Shown one piece after another: positions 26,181 through 39,589 of a DNA stretch of 64,000 nt; the first letter of the stretch is position 1; the number at the start of each line of letters is the position of its first letter. Source of the DNA: Takakia lepidozioides (Eukaryota; Plantae; Bryophyta). The stretch is taken from NCBI GenBank assembly GCA_030704615.1, contig CM060732.1, forward strand, positions 6,138,001 to 6,202,000, in the 5' to 3' direction. The notes below the pieces were generated by a model. The model had not been told where the DNA came from. It was given only the letters and a program-made list of their open reading frames with translations, and ran no database searches. A program made the translations under genes and the position numbers.

Positions 26181-27228
26181 CGAGCGGGCGATTGACGAAG
26201 TCTCGGGGGGATATTCGGTGGGCGACTGTGACCGACCTCCATACATTAATGGCGCAGTTGGGCATTAAATGTCCTCCGCCATCGGTTTTGAACCGGGCTG
26301 GCGACACAGGGATTCCGCGGTTGCTTCCTAGATACGCCTTGGAACCCCGATGCTAAACTTGGATGAACTTCTATTCGAGGCATGTACGCACACATTTGGC
26401 GAGATCTTTTTTCTTTTGCTGGGATTTATGCCGCGTGGAGAAGGGCGTGGCTCTCCTGAGAGAGACCCCACATCCAGACCGCGGCGGAAGCTGAAGGCTT
26501 TGTACTACGGGCGACGTCCAACCTCTCGCATGGCCAAACTTAAGCTCCAGCAGGAGATTCCATTGTCTTGCTGACAACCCGCGCCAACTGAAGCCAAGCA
26601 CTCTCAGGCAAGCCACTTCCTCTTTCGCTTTGTGTAACACGTGCGGTTTTCTTCGTTTTTTGGTTTGTTTTCGCATCTTCAGTCTAGCAGCCCTGGAAGC
26701 GCATGGTTGCATCGCAAAAGCAGGAGTTGTTGAGAAGAATGATCAAGGTCAGAGTGGTTAGAGAGGAGCCAGGTCGTTGCTGCATTCAGATTTGCAACAG
26801 GGTGCACACCTCGCTGTAGATAACAGGTTGCATCTCGGAATTAAGGAAATCCATGTTGAGCTAAGAAGATTGTCTGAGCATATGAAGTGCCTTCAAAACA
26901 TTTCACCCTGTTTTCCCGTCTTATGGAATCGTGTTCATTTGTTCATCGTGTTTCATGTTATTGGTTGAGTGAACCTTAGATAGTTTGCAATGCGTGTGCA
27001 AAGTCGGCAGCTCTGGAGAAGGCTGCTTGTGCATGTCATTCTTAGGCATTGGTTCGATTTGTTTTCATTGTTGTTCCATGATTGTTGCGATGGTGGTTGC
27101 GGTGCTCGTTGCGATGGTGGTTCTCACGATTTTTGGGGATGACAGAGTGACGACGAGCCCGACACGCTGGTGGTATCATCAACAGCTCCAACTGCTCGAG
27201 CAGTCACTCCAAAAGCCGCTACTCATCG

Positions 27229-30200
27229 CATGTTTGGATCGCCCAACTTGGGGCGGGAGGGAAAACTAAAACCTTTTGTTGGTGGACGGGAGGACCTGCA
27301 GCGAGAGTACGACAGAATAGGCATTGGGGAGGTTGGTGCAGGCGGCATGGCAGGTGAAGGGCATCGGATGATGACAGCAGATCCGGCAATGGAGGATGTT
27401 GATGCAATGCAGCAGGGCCCGCCCACGCAAAGAAGAAGAAGAAAGCCAAGCACATGCAATCCCCGGCGAGAGAGCCGTCACGGGCTGCGGAGGGGGGAGT
27501 GAGCAGGGCGTGCGAGGGTGTCAGTTCGCCTCAATCAAAGGTGGTCGTCCTGGAGGGCTCCCCTGCTGCTACCCCTAGTAAGAAACAGAAAGCCCGTGAG
27601 AGGGCAAAAGAGAGGGCAAAAGAACAGGCGAGACAGAAGACTAGCCAGGAGGAAAGAGAAAAGGCCACTGAAGAGGCCAGGGATGTCGAAATGATAGATG
27701 CCCATGTAAGCGAGGGACGCACAGAGACGGTGGATCCCTCCAAGACACCACAAAGAGGCAGTAACACACCGGTTACACCATTGCGGGCAGGAGCAGCCCC
27801 CGCAATTACCCATACGGTGGAGACTGGAGGAGGGGAAAGAACACCACAAAGAGCACGGATTGTGCAAGTTCGAGGTGAAGTCGGGGAGAGGACAGTAGAG
27901 ACGGGGAGAGTGCTCGAGGTGGTTCCGGCGGTGGTTGACCATGTTGAGGACGACGAGAGGGAGCTTTCTGACCAGGATGACATCCTCCCGGACATCCCCA
28001 GGCCCCAAACCCGGAGCATACAGGCTGGATTTGGCGGTCCGGGTGGGCTGCCGAAGAACCCCCCTGCAATAGACGTCATGTCGGAGGCGGATATGAAGTT
28101 GACCGCTGCCAAGATGTTGGAGGCAACCCACACCAACATTGGCAGGGTCCTGGGGGGCATGGTGTACCCGGCCAAGCTTTGGATTCCCCTTTGCCGCTTG
28201 GTTTCATTGCAGGTGGTCAGACCTGCCCTCCCAGGCGATATCGACAAGCTGAAATTCTCTTTCCAGGAGGCATATCGAATGGGGTCTGCCGTGTTTTATG
28301 TTTCCATGGAGAACGACCACGGAGCTTCTCGTGCCCACACTTCCGATGAGGTGGACAAATGGGGTCCCCATTGGCAAAGGCGAAATGAGGAGTTCGAGAG
28401 ATTGATTGCTACTGATCCTCTTTTCCAGCACTTGTCCGGAAAGATGTTTTACGTGTGGGACGACAATCATCGCCTCCTGGCATGGATGGAGTACATAGCC
28501 CAAGCCCACCCCAACGACCTGGATTGGCATTTCGCCGTGGAGTGTGTTGTGCTCAAGGATGTGGGGCCCAAAGATCGCAGTCTTCTCAAAGCGGCAATGG
28601 CAGACATCAACTCGTAAGTTACAATGCTTCTTGCTTTGGAACTTTGAATTTGAAACAATCATTTCATTGCCAATCGTCATATTTGTTGCAAATTTTCATT
28701 TCTGTATTGTTTAATGGAAATGTGGCATTGCAGGGTGATTGAGAATGCCTTCATTGCCACCAACTTGTCCCATATGCTCTTCCGAGTGAAGGATGTCGGG
28801 AAGCAGGGGGTGCAAGAGTTTGCCAATTCGCTCAGTGCCGACCTCCTGCGCAAGTCGGAGGCAAAGGCAGACAAAACCTGGTATAGGCTGAGCATGGACG
28901 CCATGGTGGACTACATATTTCGGGTAAAGCTCCTCACTGTTTTTGTTGAGCTAATCTGTCTCTCCTCCCCCAATAGAAGAAAAAGTGTTGAGCAGGATCT
29001 CTAATCTTATGTGCGCATTCTTGACAGACGAAAATTCAGCAGGATTTGGCACATGCGCGGAGGTTCTACATGGAGTCAGAGGAGAAGAAACTAACCCTCC
29101 CGGCACTGGAATCATATCTCAAAGCTGCGGAGGCGAAGGCCCGCATCAAGTACAAGTCGCGGATGGTAAAGTACGTGGCCATAGCTGATCCCGCCCTTGG
29201 TGCCGATTTTCTGGTGGAGGTGAGGAAGCACTACTCCCGCGCTCTGAAGCCCACGATGACATTGGAGAAGCTACATCATCTAGCCACATCCTGTGTGGAT
29301 GCAACATAAAAGGTTATACATTCTTAACCAAATTGTCGTGGCAACAATTCGTTTTTGTGGTGTTTGGCGCTTACTAATATGCTGGGTGGTTGGATAGACC
29401 CGGTGGCTCCAAATCTGGAATGGTTCCCAAAGTACAAGGGACATGTGGAGCTTCCCCAAACCCGACAAACTGTCCGACCCCACATTCGACATGTGGATGA
29501 ACCGCATGACATGGTGGTTTCAGGTACTTTCCCACGCTTCATTTGGGGCGTCTACTCTTGTATCGGATGGATTTATTGTATTTTTTGAGGAAAGCGGTCT
29601 GATGGAGAATCTCCACAAGTGACGACGAATGCGCAAGAGCAGCTTGACACACAAGCACATCAGTTCAAGCTGGAGATTTCTGGTGAAGCTGAGAGCCTAC
29701 GCGACTATGTGACGAGGTACTTTCTGCTCTACAAAACCGACCTATTCTTTCGAGAGATACCCCATGCCCGCCGGAGCCACGAGTTCACCGACCAGCCGAA
29801 CGCGGACAAAGCGGCAATGCGCCTTCTGTACAGGTACATACGTTGTGCCTTTCTTTTTAGTCCTAACATTTCCAGGATGTAAGAGGCCCTATGTGGCGCA
29901 TGAAAATTAGTTGTGGTCCTAGGAAAAATGGCGCTGAATTTCCGAATTCGGGCCCTGGGGGATGTCTATCCAGGGGGTGCCTGGCACTCAGTCCGGAAAT
30001 TTGGCGCCATTTTTCCAGTTGCAGGCCCAGTCAGATCTGGGACTTAGCCATTCTCGGCCCCAACCTGGGAAAATGGCGCCGAATTTCCAGTTGAGGGCCC
30101 CGAAAATGGCTAGGTCCCTGGGGTGGCTGGCACCGAATCCGGAAATTCGGCGCCATTTTTCTAGATCAGGGCAAAGTTAGCTCTGGGACTTAGCCATTTT

Positions 30201-33200
30201 CGGGCCCAACCTGGGAAAATGGCGCCGAATATCCAGTGCAGGGCCCCGAAAATGGCTAAGTCCCAGAGCTGGCAGGCACCGAAACAGGAAATTTGGCGCC
30301 ATTTTTCCAGTTCCGGGCCCAGTGAGTTCTGGGACTTAGGCATATTCGGCCCCAACCTGGGAAAATGGCACCGGTTTTCCAGTGCAGGGCCCCAAAAATG
30401 GCTAAGTCCCTACAGTGGCAGGCACCGAAACCGGAAATTCGGTGCCATTTTTCCAGTTCCGGGCCCAGTCAGTTTTGGGACAGCCATTTTCGAGCCCAAC
30501 TTGGGAAAATGGCGCCGAATATCCAGTGCAGGGCCCCGAAAATGGCTAAGTCCCTACAGTGGCAGGCATCGAAACCGGAAATTCGGCGCCATTTTTCCGG
30601 GCCCAGTTAGTTCTCGGACTTAGCCATTTTTGGGCCCAACCAGGGAAAATGGCGCCGAATTTCCAGTGAACAGCCCCGAAAATGGCTAAGTCCCTTTAGA
30701 GGCAGGCATCGAAACAGGAAATTCAGCGCCATTTTTTCAGTTCCGGGCCCAGTGAGTTCTGGGACTTAGGCATATTCGGCCCCAACCTGGGAAAATGGCG
30801 CCGGTTTTCTAGTGCAGGGCCCCTAGTGTGGCAGACACCAAAACCGGAAATTCGGCGCCATTTTTCCAGTTCCGGGCCCAGTCAGTTCTGGGACTTAGCC
30901 ATTTTCGGGCCCAATCTGGAAAAATGGCGTCGAATTTCCAATACCGGGCCTAGTCATTTTCATTCCCTAAAATTTACCTCGTTCTCGGGACCTCAATCTG
31001 TGTGTTTCTTGAATGCAGGTACTGCAAGTTCTCCCTTTTGGAGAAAGGACATCTGTCCTTCGAGCCGCCATTCTTCCTCGCATGGAGGAACCCTGGGGCT
31101 GACTCCATGTACACTGACGTTATCGTGAAGGAGTGGCATCTGGAACATTTGCGCGACTGCCCTTGGTATGTGGACCTTCCGCCCGGCTCGCTCAACCCAT
31201 CCGAGTTTCAATTGAAGCTGGATGTTGAGGCTCGACGAAACCGGGCTCCGCTGCCTCCGCTGGGTCCAAAGGAGGCGAGAGCGCTTGCCCAGTCCAGGAA
31301 AGCGGCAGAGCTTGCTCAGGCAGGTATTCAAGAGAAATTGAATGAGAAGAATAAAGGACAAAAGAAAAGGACACGGAAACAGGGGAGTACAGTAACCCCC
31401 AAAAAATAGAAAACCACCGGGGCACCAGAGGAGGCGCAGGAGTGACTCCGACGACGATGACTTTGTGCAAGGTCCTGCGACTGTTGCTGCTGCTACCAAG
31501 TCACCGGTCGTCCGGGTTCCCAAGTCAGTTCGGTCTGGGACTGGCTTTGCCAAGACGTTGGCATTTGAGGGCGAGCCTACACGGCGGTATTCGGCGGTGA
31601 CGTTTCCGAAGAGGCCAAAGCTAGAACCCCCAACCATCATCCAATGTGTCAATGAGAGCTTCCTTGACGCTCTAGCTGCCAGGGCGAAGAAGGTGGCACA
31701 CAACAAGTCTGTGGAGGAGCAGAAGGGGAAAGCCAAGAAGAGGGCTCCCAGTACAGAGCCTAAAGACACCCCTGGTTTTGAATCCATGATGGAATTCTTC
31801 ATGGCTGTGAGCACGGATTGCAAGAGCACTCGGGGTGGGGTTGAGGTGGAGAGAGCCTGCGATATGATTCTCCTCGATATTCTAGATGGGGAGCTGCTAG
31901 AGGGCTTGGATGGTGTGCCCACCTGGAACAGGTTTACTGAGGACTACTGGAGAGCCGGGTTTGGGCTGGCGGGGATGCTCCTGGATGACGGTGGATGTAT
32001 GGTGGTCCTTGCCACAAGAGGGAAGACCACAGACAATGTTGTGGCAAGGTGGACACCGAAAAGTGTCACCCCGGTCCTCCTCAAAAAATGGTTCTGCATC
32101 AATATGCAGGGGTTGCGAACAGAGGGCCAGAGTGTAAGTTATCAATCTATTGCATTCACTTCATATTGTGGTGTATCTGAACTAGATCCTGGAGTTGATC
32201 CCTCTTTTGTTGGATGTGCAAACATTGGTGTTTGAGGCATATTGTTTTGTGAAGAGAGGGTCTACGTTCAAATTCCGCAACGACGGTCGTCTTGTTGATG
32301 CCGATGTGGACCCTGTTACCTACAATGTCCTCTACAACTATGTGCCCCACTCCAGTATGTCGAAGGACACAAAGACAGGCAAACCGTGGTGGTACAGCCG
32401 GACCCGAAGCCTTGCTTTCATCCAAACCCTCATGGAGACGTGCTCGGATGTCCAAGGGCGGATTCTTGACCTCACATGCGGCACGGGTAAGCCTTCACGT
32501 GCACAGTTTGTCCCGTGGCCCGATTGCAATTGCATGCCGCATGCTACTAACCGCCTGCTTTGTCCCTCAGGTGCCTCAATGTGGGCAGGGACGTTGTCCG
32601 ACAGGCATGTCTTCGCCTTCGAGCCAGATACTGCCCTCCACAACTCCAAACTTGCAGCGGCTGAACGTCTGCCGAAAGAGGAAGAGGCATCCTTGGAGGA
32701 TGAGGAAGAATCCGACAAGGAGCAGAGGGAGGTACAAGTTGGAATCGAGGCCGAGGAGCCCCCGGTTTACGAGTGAGTGGTCGCATTGTAAGTTGCCTCC
32801 TGATTTCGTGAGGCACCTCCATTCGCTCTCTTATTTCATTGAAAGACCCTTTTTTGCTTTTGCTGGTATTGACATTCTTAAAGCGGATTTGTTCTTACTG
32901 CAGGAGGGACGTCTACACCGCAGTTCATGGGCAGGAGGAACATGCCTTTTTTTGCCAGGGGGGATTTCATGCCTAGTCCAGAAAGGGACTACATCCTTCC
33001 TACTTATGCTGCCCGGCTTGCTTCGGTGTCCATTAGGAGGTCTTCCGAACCTAGTCGTGTACAGCAGATTTTAGACGAGGCAAGCCTCAAGAAAATGAAG
33101 ATGAGGGAGGAGGCAACAGCTATTAGAGCCCATCAGGCTTGTAGATTTGTCTTGGATTCTGCTGAGGAAAGTGGGGGAGAAGAGGCAGAAGATTCCCAGG

Positions 33201-33346
33201 AGGTGAGGTGGACAGTCTCCCAAGGAGAGGACGGAATTTTTGAGAGGCATAGTGGAACTGATGCATCACAGAGCTCGGAGGATGGGGGGGACGAGGGGGA
33301 TGAGGAGGAAGGCGGGGCAGGTTCCTCGGAGGGTGTAGGAGAGTAG
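27229..33346 (+). pseudogene. Multi-exon ParB/Srx-like domain plus beta-class N4/N6 DNA methyltransferase-like gene, copy A
   Basis: IPLCRL..VR..IDKLK..FYVWDDNHRLLAW (28459-28473); DMILLDILDG (31861-31890); LLDDGGCMVV; RSLAFIQTLMETCS..GRILDLTCGTG|ASMWA..RHVFAFEPD with intron 32487-32570; donor at 28614; frameshift near 27450 and TAG at 31407. Start codon tentative. Confidence 0.8.
29920..30950. repeat. Intronic repeat array of GGAAATTCGGCGCCATTTTT / AAAATGGCGCCGAAT motifs
   Basis: Alternating-orientation units of about 60 bp within an intron of the methyltransferase-like gene. Confidence 0.9.
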
Positions 33347-33578
33347 TGCCCATTCCGGCTATGACAGTTACGACACACTTGTATAGATGTGGCTTGCCAC
33401 AAAATTTGCAATAAAATGTTGCATTTCATTGCTATGACGAGTCCACTGGTGCCAAATTCCAACTTCATATGACCCTATTTCCGTGCCTCGTAACCCTATT
33501 TCCGTAGACACACAATGGTCCGCTCATGTTTTTTTTTTTTCCGCTCATGCTCATGCCGCTCATGAAATAGCAACCCCC

Positions 33579-34698
33579 ATGAGGAGCAGGAAGCTACCCT
33601 GTTTGCTACACACCCAGAGTGGGAGCAGGTTGCAGAATTGCAACTGGGAGGCCTGAGTTGCTTAAAAGGTATCTGCTGTGGTGCAGTAACAGCAACACCA
33701 ATTGAAGGGGAAACAAGTAGTTACCCACCACATTTCTATGAGGAAAGAGAGAGAGAAATGGAAATCCTAGAAGAACCAGCCACTGTGAGTTTGCAGGATG
33801 AAGTAGTGGCTGGATGGACAATCACAGCTGAAGAGCAGGTGAGAGACGTGAATGTGGGAACTGAGGAGGAACCAAGAATGGTGAAAGTAGGGGCTGACTT
33901 GGAGCCATAATTCTTTGAGGAGGCTAAAAGCCTGTTTATCAAATACAAAGATGTATTTGCTTGGAGCTATGAAGATCTGAAAGGGATACCACTTGAGATC
34001 TGCCAGCATAAGATTGAACTGGAACTAGGGTCAGTATCAATCAAACAGGCAAGGTACAGGATGAATCCCAACTATGCACAGAAGGTTGGGGAAGAGATCA
34101 AGAAGCTGGCTGAGGCTAAGTTCATATACCCGATAGAGGATACAACTTGGTTGTCACCCATTGTGATAGTTCCCAAGAAGAATGACAAACTGAGAGTTTG
34201 TGTGAATTATAAGAAGTTGAATGCATGTACAAAAAAAGATCATTTTCCTTTACCATTCACAGAAGCTTTACTGGACACTGTGGGCAGGCCATGAGATGTA
34301 TTCATTCATGGATGGCTTCAGTGGGTATAACCAAGTGCAAGTGGCAGAAGAAGACCAGGGAAATACAGCTTTTATCACAGACTGGGGTGCTTATGCATAC
34401 AAAGTCATGCCTTTTGGACTTTGTAATGCACCAGCAACTTTTCAGAGAGTGATAAGTAAATCCTTCCATGAGTATCTGGATAATTTCATGCAAGTGTTCT
34501 TAGATGACTTCAGTGTATACAGCTCTAAGAATGAGTACTTGCAGAAGTTGGAATTATGTTTGGCCAAATGCAAGATGAGAGGTCTTGGTCTGAATCCAGA
34601 AAAGTGTACTTTCTGTGTGAATTCAGGGGTACTTCTGGAACACATTGTGTGTAAGAGGGGACTGCTTATGGATCCCAAAAAGATAGAGGCCATTAAAG
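33579..34698 (+). pseudogene. Gypsy (Tat/Athila-like) reverse transcriptase fragment
   Basis: YKDVFAWSY, WLSPIVIVPKKNDKLRVCVNYKKLN, FMDGFSGYNQ, MPFGLCNAPATFQR, VFLDDF; cut at 34699 by MULE B. Confidence 0.92.
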
Positions 34699-35549
34699 GA
34701 GGTTTACTATTTCATGAGCAGAAACCATGAGCCATGAGCCATGAGCCGCATGAGCCGCATGAGCGGTGAGCCGAAGTCTAAGATACGCGGATTTCATGAG
34801 CGGACTCCTCCAAATTTGGAAATGCGGCAGATTAAAAAAGTATTAAAATAATAGTTTTTTATTTGACCTTGCCGTTTTTGGACGTTCCAAATCATGTAAT
34901 GCGGCGAAGATATGTCGTCAGTAACAAGTCCGCTCATGGTTTTTTAGATCCGCTCATGGAAATAAGTGACCGTGCAACGGGAAATCCAGTATACCACTGC
35001 AAAAGGATGTCGCATACTGGCCTGTATAGAGTATTCCGCGGTTTTACATGCCTTAACATTGGAATGAAGCTGACCCTTTTGCCGCGATTGAACCAATGGA
35101 GTCTGCACCAATACAGTCTGCAGTACTTCACAATTCTGTCTTCTTCGGGTATTTGGCGGGAAAGGTTTGCAACTGAACTGGGAAATAAGGTGCCGCATTA
35201 GGGTTCGCACGTGTGAAATTTCGGAGCGTTTTGGTGTTGGCGAAGGCCGCCTCTGCCAGTACCTACGACGATACTTGGAAATGCGGCGCCGCATTTCCTT
35301 GTCGGAGGTCGAATGAGGAAAGCAAGTTTTCGGAAAGCAGAAAAACATGAACCCTCTAACATACAAAAATACATGCACGTGGAAGCAAGTGAACGATATA
35401 GTAATATCTTAGTTCGAGCAAAACAGGTTACTGGTAGGCAAGACATATGTCGGACCTTTCTGTGGCCAGAGTCTGAGGTACTGGCAGCAGTACAGTTCTA
35501 CTATCCGAAAAGGATGGGCGTACCATTGTATTGGGACCGCAAGCCAAGC

Positions 35550-38500
35550 TCACTGGTCCCCTGGATCCATATTCAGAAGAGTGTGAACCTCCTGGGGGCT
35601 CAACCCTGGTGCATGTATGAAGTGATGAGTTGTGGAATTACAACGGAGTCTCTTTAGGTACACGTAGTACAAATGCTTGCAAGGGCAGTATGATGCCCCC
35701 TTGTTCGCCATGATCTGGAAGTCGGTGCAATTGCAGGTGGGTAATTCTGAAATGGTGATGGTGTACACCTCATTGCGAACAGCTAAGCCCGCCGTGGCCA
35801 TCTGATACACACGCCCGAATCCTGGTGGGGGCACTTCTGTCGAGCTCTGGATTGTACAGTTCATCCGAAGTGCATTCCCCATCCTTGTCTCGTTCACTTT
35901 TGAGGGAGGTCGCCGCCTCTTCGGTTTCCCCCAACGGTGTGTAGGATGCTTAGAGCTGTCGTGTCCCATTGTTCTTGCTCTCACAGGGGTCGGTGGTGGA
36001 GGCTGTGGAAGCGGAAATGGTTCTCTGGGGACGTCAGTGCGCTGCACCATCCAAAATCCTGCGGCGGTAAGGGCGTCGGCCTCAACCTGACTCAGATCGC
36101 AGCCTGGTTCCACCGGCCACACCGGGGGAGCCTTTGGCATTGTTTGTATGCCGTACTTGGGCTTTCCATACATGCAAGTCATAATGTCGTGCCTGCAGAA
36201 CCAGAACTGGGTGGTTGTCGCCTCCGCAAACTTTGCATGGACAAATCTTCCAGTAAAAGTAGGAGCAGGGACAGCCCCATCTAGATTCCTCCTTATCATC
36301 TCTAAACAACGTTGCCGTGTATCCACACGAATTGCAGAACACCTTCCTCGAAACGACGGCTTTGTGCGAGCAATTCTCCACTGTGATGCAGACACAGTCG
36401 TCTCCACAATGGCTTGACCATACTGCATAACAGCGGGCGGAATGTGGGGCAAGGGAGCGGTGGGAATTTTTTGCACGAAATCCCCGGTTGAAGGCGACGG
36501 TGATCTGGAATTTCTTGGGCTTCCACTGCTGGAAGACACATTGTGCGGCAACATGACGGGACCTCGAGGTGCTGTCCGAATGTTCCTGTCGGATCTCCAG
36601 GAATCCTCTTCGCACCCGGGTTCCTCTTCAATCCTCCGCCTGACAGGGCGAGTCCGGACGTCCCCCTCTAGGTGTTCACCTCTGCGGTGCAGAGGCGTCC
36701 CTTTGATCTTCTCTCGCAATGCTGACGCCCATTTCACTGGATTCTTGGACCTCGAAGCTGTTCGTACCAACAATTCCTCCTTGTCCGGCCCAAAGCCCCA
36801 TTGTTTGCCGCTCAGGAACTTGTAGTACGTGGCTTGCTGCATGATTGCTCTGTCGATGTCCTCCGTTGTGGCCGTCACTACGTCCACCAGATGTGCGGCA
36901 GAAGACGCTCGCCAGGACGAGTGGACCGATTCTGCCATATTCGTGTTCGGCATGTCCATGTCGGAATCCAAGCACCGCTCCTAGAAGGATACAAACAATG
37001 GTGAGGGACCAATCGAAATGTCCGTAACAGAAAGACAAATGAACGAAATTGACAGCAACCTACCTCCCGCATGTACTGTCCGAACTGTCGATACCAAAAA
37101 TGCCACCACCCCAACCAGCTGTGCAATGCTCCCAGATTGGTTGTCTCCACTACACCTGACGAGTTCCACCAAGCCTCGATGATAGCAAACTTAACCTCCG
37201 CGTCATCAAATGTGGGTGCATCCTTCCACGCCGTACAAAGAACACGGTGTTCAGTCTGGAATGAGCTAGCAACAAATTTGGTAGTGTAGTGGGATAGACT
37301 CTGCATCCAATGGAATCCACAGGATCTCTCTTTCCCCTCCATTGGAACATTGGGGTCCTCACCGTACACACGCCGCACCGCTGCCTAGTTGGCCTGAGCG
37401 TTGTCTGCCATGAATCCCCTGAAATTGGGCTCTGGCAATCCCGCCCTTGCCATCTGTTGGTTTATGCCCTCCCACAGATGCATTTCGGACTGTGTGTCCT
37501 CCCATTTCATCTCGCAGATTGCAATCGTCATGAGCCTCTTGGAGTGATAGTCATAAACATGCGCACCCATAGTCACCCACTGATGGTTTGTAATTCGCTT
37601 GATGTGATCAAACATCACCCAAGCATTCGACAAGTTTCCAGTTGTCATGCGAGTGACCAAGTCGACTCCACTCCCAGGCCCACACGTCGACATTTTGAAA
37701 ATGTAACAACGATCGGATTTGCTGCCTTGCCCTGGAAACCTGCTACCTTGGATGTAGTCATATCCAGTCATTCGTTTCACCTCCAGGATTGAGTACATGT
37801 CCGACCCCCTGCCGAACTCCTGCTTGCAAGATACGATGTGATTCCGCACATTCGGACTACAAACGTGCGAGACAGACTCCAAGATGTCACGCATCTCGTC
37901 TTTGGTCAAGGGCTCTCGGTCGGAACCATCTTCAGACATGATTTTGCCAAGAGCAATCTTGTGGGCTGCCTTCAGCTGAATCTGCTTTGGTCTGGCTCCG
38001 GGGCTCAATTTCACCTCCTCTTTTATGATGTCGTGTGCTTCCTGCACAGCCTCACGCATGTTGCCTCTCGCCAAGGGGTGGCAGTGGACCCCAACGTGTA
38101 TGCAAGCTCTAGTCAAGTCCGGGAGCAAATGGATAACGTAATATTGCTTGGCTCTGCACATGGACATGCACGTCGGTGGTTCTTTGCAATGTGCACACTT
38201 GAAAGAACCCGCAGGAGCTTGGCTGGAGACAATGAATGGATGATGCGTTGTGCCAATCCAATCTGTCTCGTTTCCCCGCCCTCCTTTGGAGAGAAAGTGG
38301 AAGTAGGTGGGATTGAGGCACCTCAGCTTCCCCGCACAGAGGACATATCGTACACGAACACCATCAGCAATTTTCGTGCTACTGGTCTTCGTCACACACC
38401 AGGGGTGTCCATCATGCTTTCGATCCATGTCTGTTAACATCCCGGAGGCTTTCTTTGACGAAGAAACAGGTGGAAACTCGAAGATGACATTGCCATCGAC

Positions 38501-39157
38501 TTTGGGAGGCAGAAAAGTTACCTTTCTGACTGGGAATTTGGCATAGTCGAGAGCAGCCAGCTCGGAGCGAGAACCATTGAGGTGATGTTGTCGTAGGAGC
38601 TGCACAATGGACCGGGTTGGAGTTATGCTCGAGGGCACATTCGTAGCACCGACAGAGACGTCCATGCCGGATTTGAACGACCGTGTGGAGGACATGGGTA
38701 CCTCAATGCAATCATCTTCCTCGTTGGAAATGTCGAATACGTCCACACGAGAAGCTATGGAGGGTCTTGACGGTCCAGGTCGGGAATGATTATCGTTGCA
38801 TACCTCTCTGTTGGCAGTGGCCGCCTCTCGGTTTCCGGACTCCTTTGTGGATGGTGAGGGCAGCGATTGATTCGGAAAGGGAATGGGCATTCCCACAGCT
38901 CGGTACAGGATGGTGTCTGACGGGGGAACGTGCCATTCGATTCCGCAACCTCTGTCGTTACCTAGCATGACAATGGTCTCGTCAACCTGTCCAGGAACAT
39001 CCTTCCTTTCTTCTTCCAAATAAACTGTGCCCGGTTTGAGCTTGAATTTGGAACAAAGGTAAGTTTCAGTCACTCTGCAAAGTCCTCCCTCGTTTGGGAT
39101 CCAGGCTCTCCCAAGTTGCGGAGGACAGCAAACTATAGCGTAGGAATTCGGAGCCAT
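35550..39157 (-). pseudogene. MULE transposase B, near-intact
   Basis: ORFs 37385..39373, 36878..37378 and 35550..36971 join via intron 36981-37063; single TAG at 37385 where other copies have Trp; DDE, CxxH and SWIM motifs present. Confidence 0.9.
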
Positions 39158-39589
39158 CGAACACCGCACGGACTTGGCAAGTGCGAGGTTCAGTATAGCG
39201 ACAGTCCCAGGCTCACAGGCACCATCTAAGTGGATCTGCGGAGTCCATCGACGATTGGAAGTCGCACATTGAAGTGGAAAGTATTGTTTCAAGCTACATG
39301 CATGAAGGTGGGAGGTTTGATTCCATAGCCAGTAAGTATGACAATGATGGCCGATTCGGCGACGAAATAACATCTCCTGACAGTTTCTCCTGAGGGTGGA
39401 TCCAGCAGTATTCTCGGTGCAGACAGGAACGTTCGCACTGACAAGTGCCAGGACTGTTGGTTAAAACGGTCAGACAACCAAGTTGTGCTCATCAAGACTG
39501 GCCGCAATGTTGTTTCGGAACAATGCAACCCATTCAGGTTCCAGATTTCCCGTCCCGAGTGATTCTTTCGATTGCTGGTGGACAGAAAT

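Larger units (their letters stand above)
20761..33578 (-). mobile_element. MULE copy A (transposase plus ParB-methyltransferase gene); left about 200 bp missing
   Basis: Homology to copies C and D begins at about 20761; right end GCTCATGAAATAGCAACCCCC (to 33578) is the inverted counterpart of GAGGTTAGCTATTTCATGAGC at 43790 and 62986. Confidence 0.8.

Noticed and set aside
26350-26574. Small ORF shared by copies A and C (50255..50578) as a third gene
   Set aside because: Lengths differ and conservation is explained by overall DNA identity; no motif. Could still be a uORF or 5' exon.
27229-33346. Bacterial contamination or prophage as the source of the ParB-methylase
   Set aside because: The gene is split by GT-AG introns and embedded among plant-type transposons.
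33579-33590. Copies A and D as one duplicated insertion in the same Gypsy pol
   Set aside because: D's left flank (CTGCTACTAG) does not match A's right flank (ATGAGGAGC); no TSD support.
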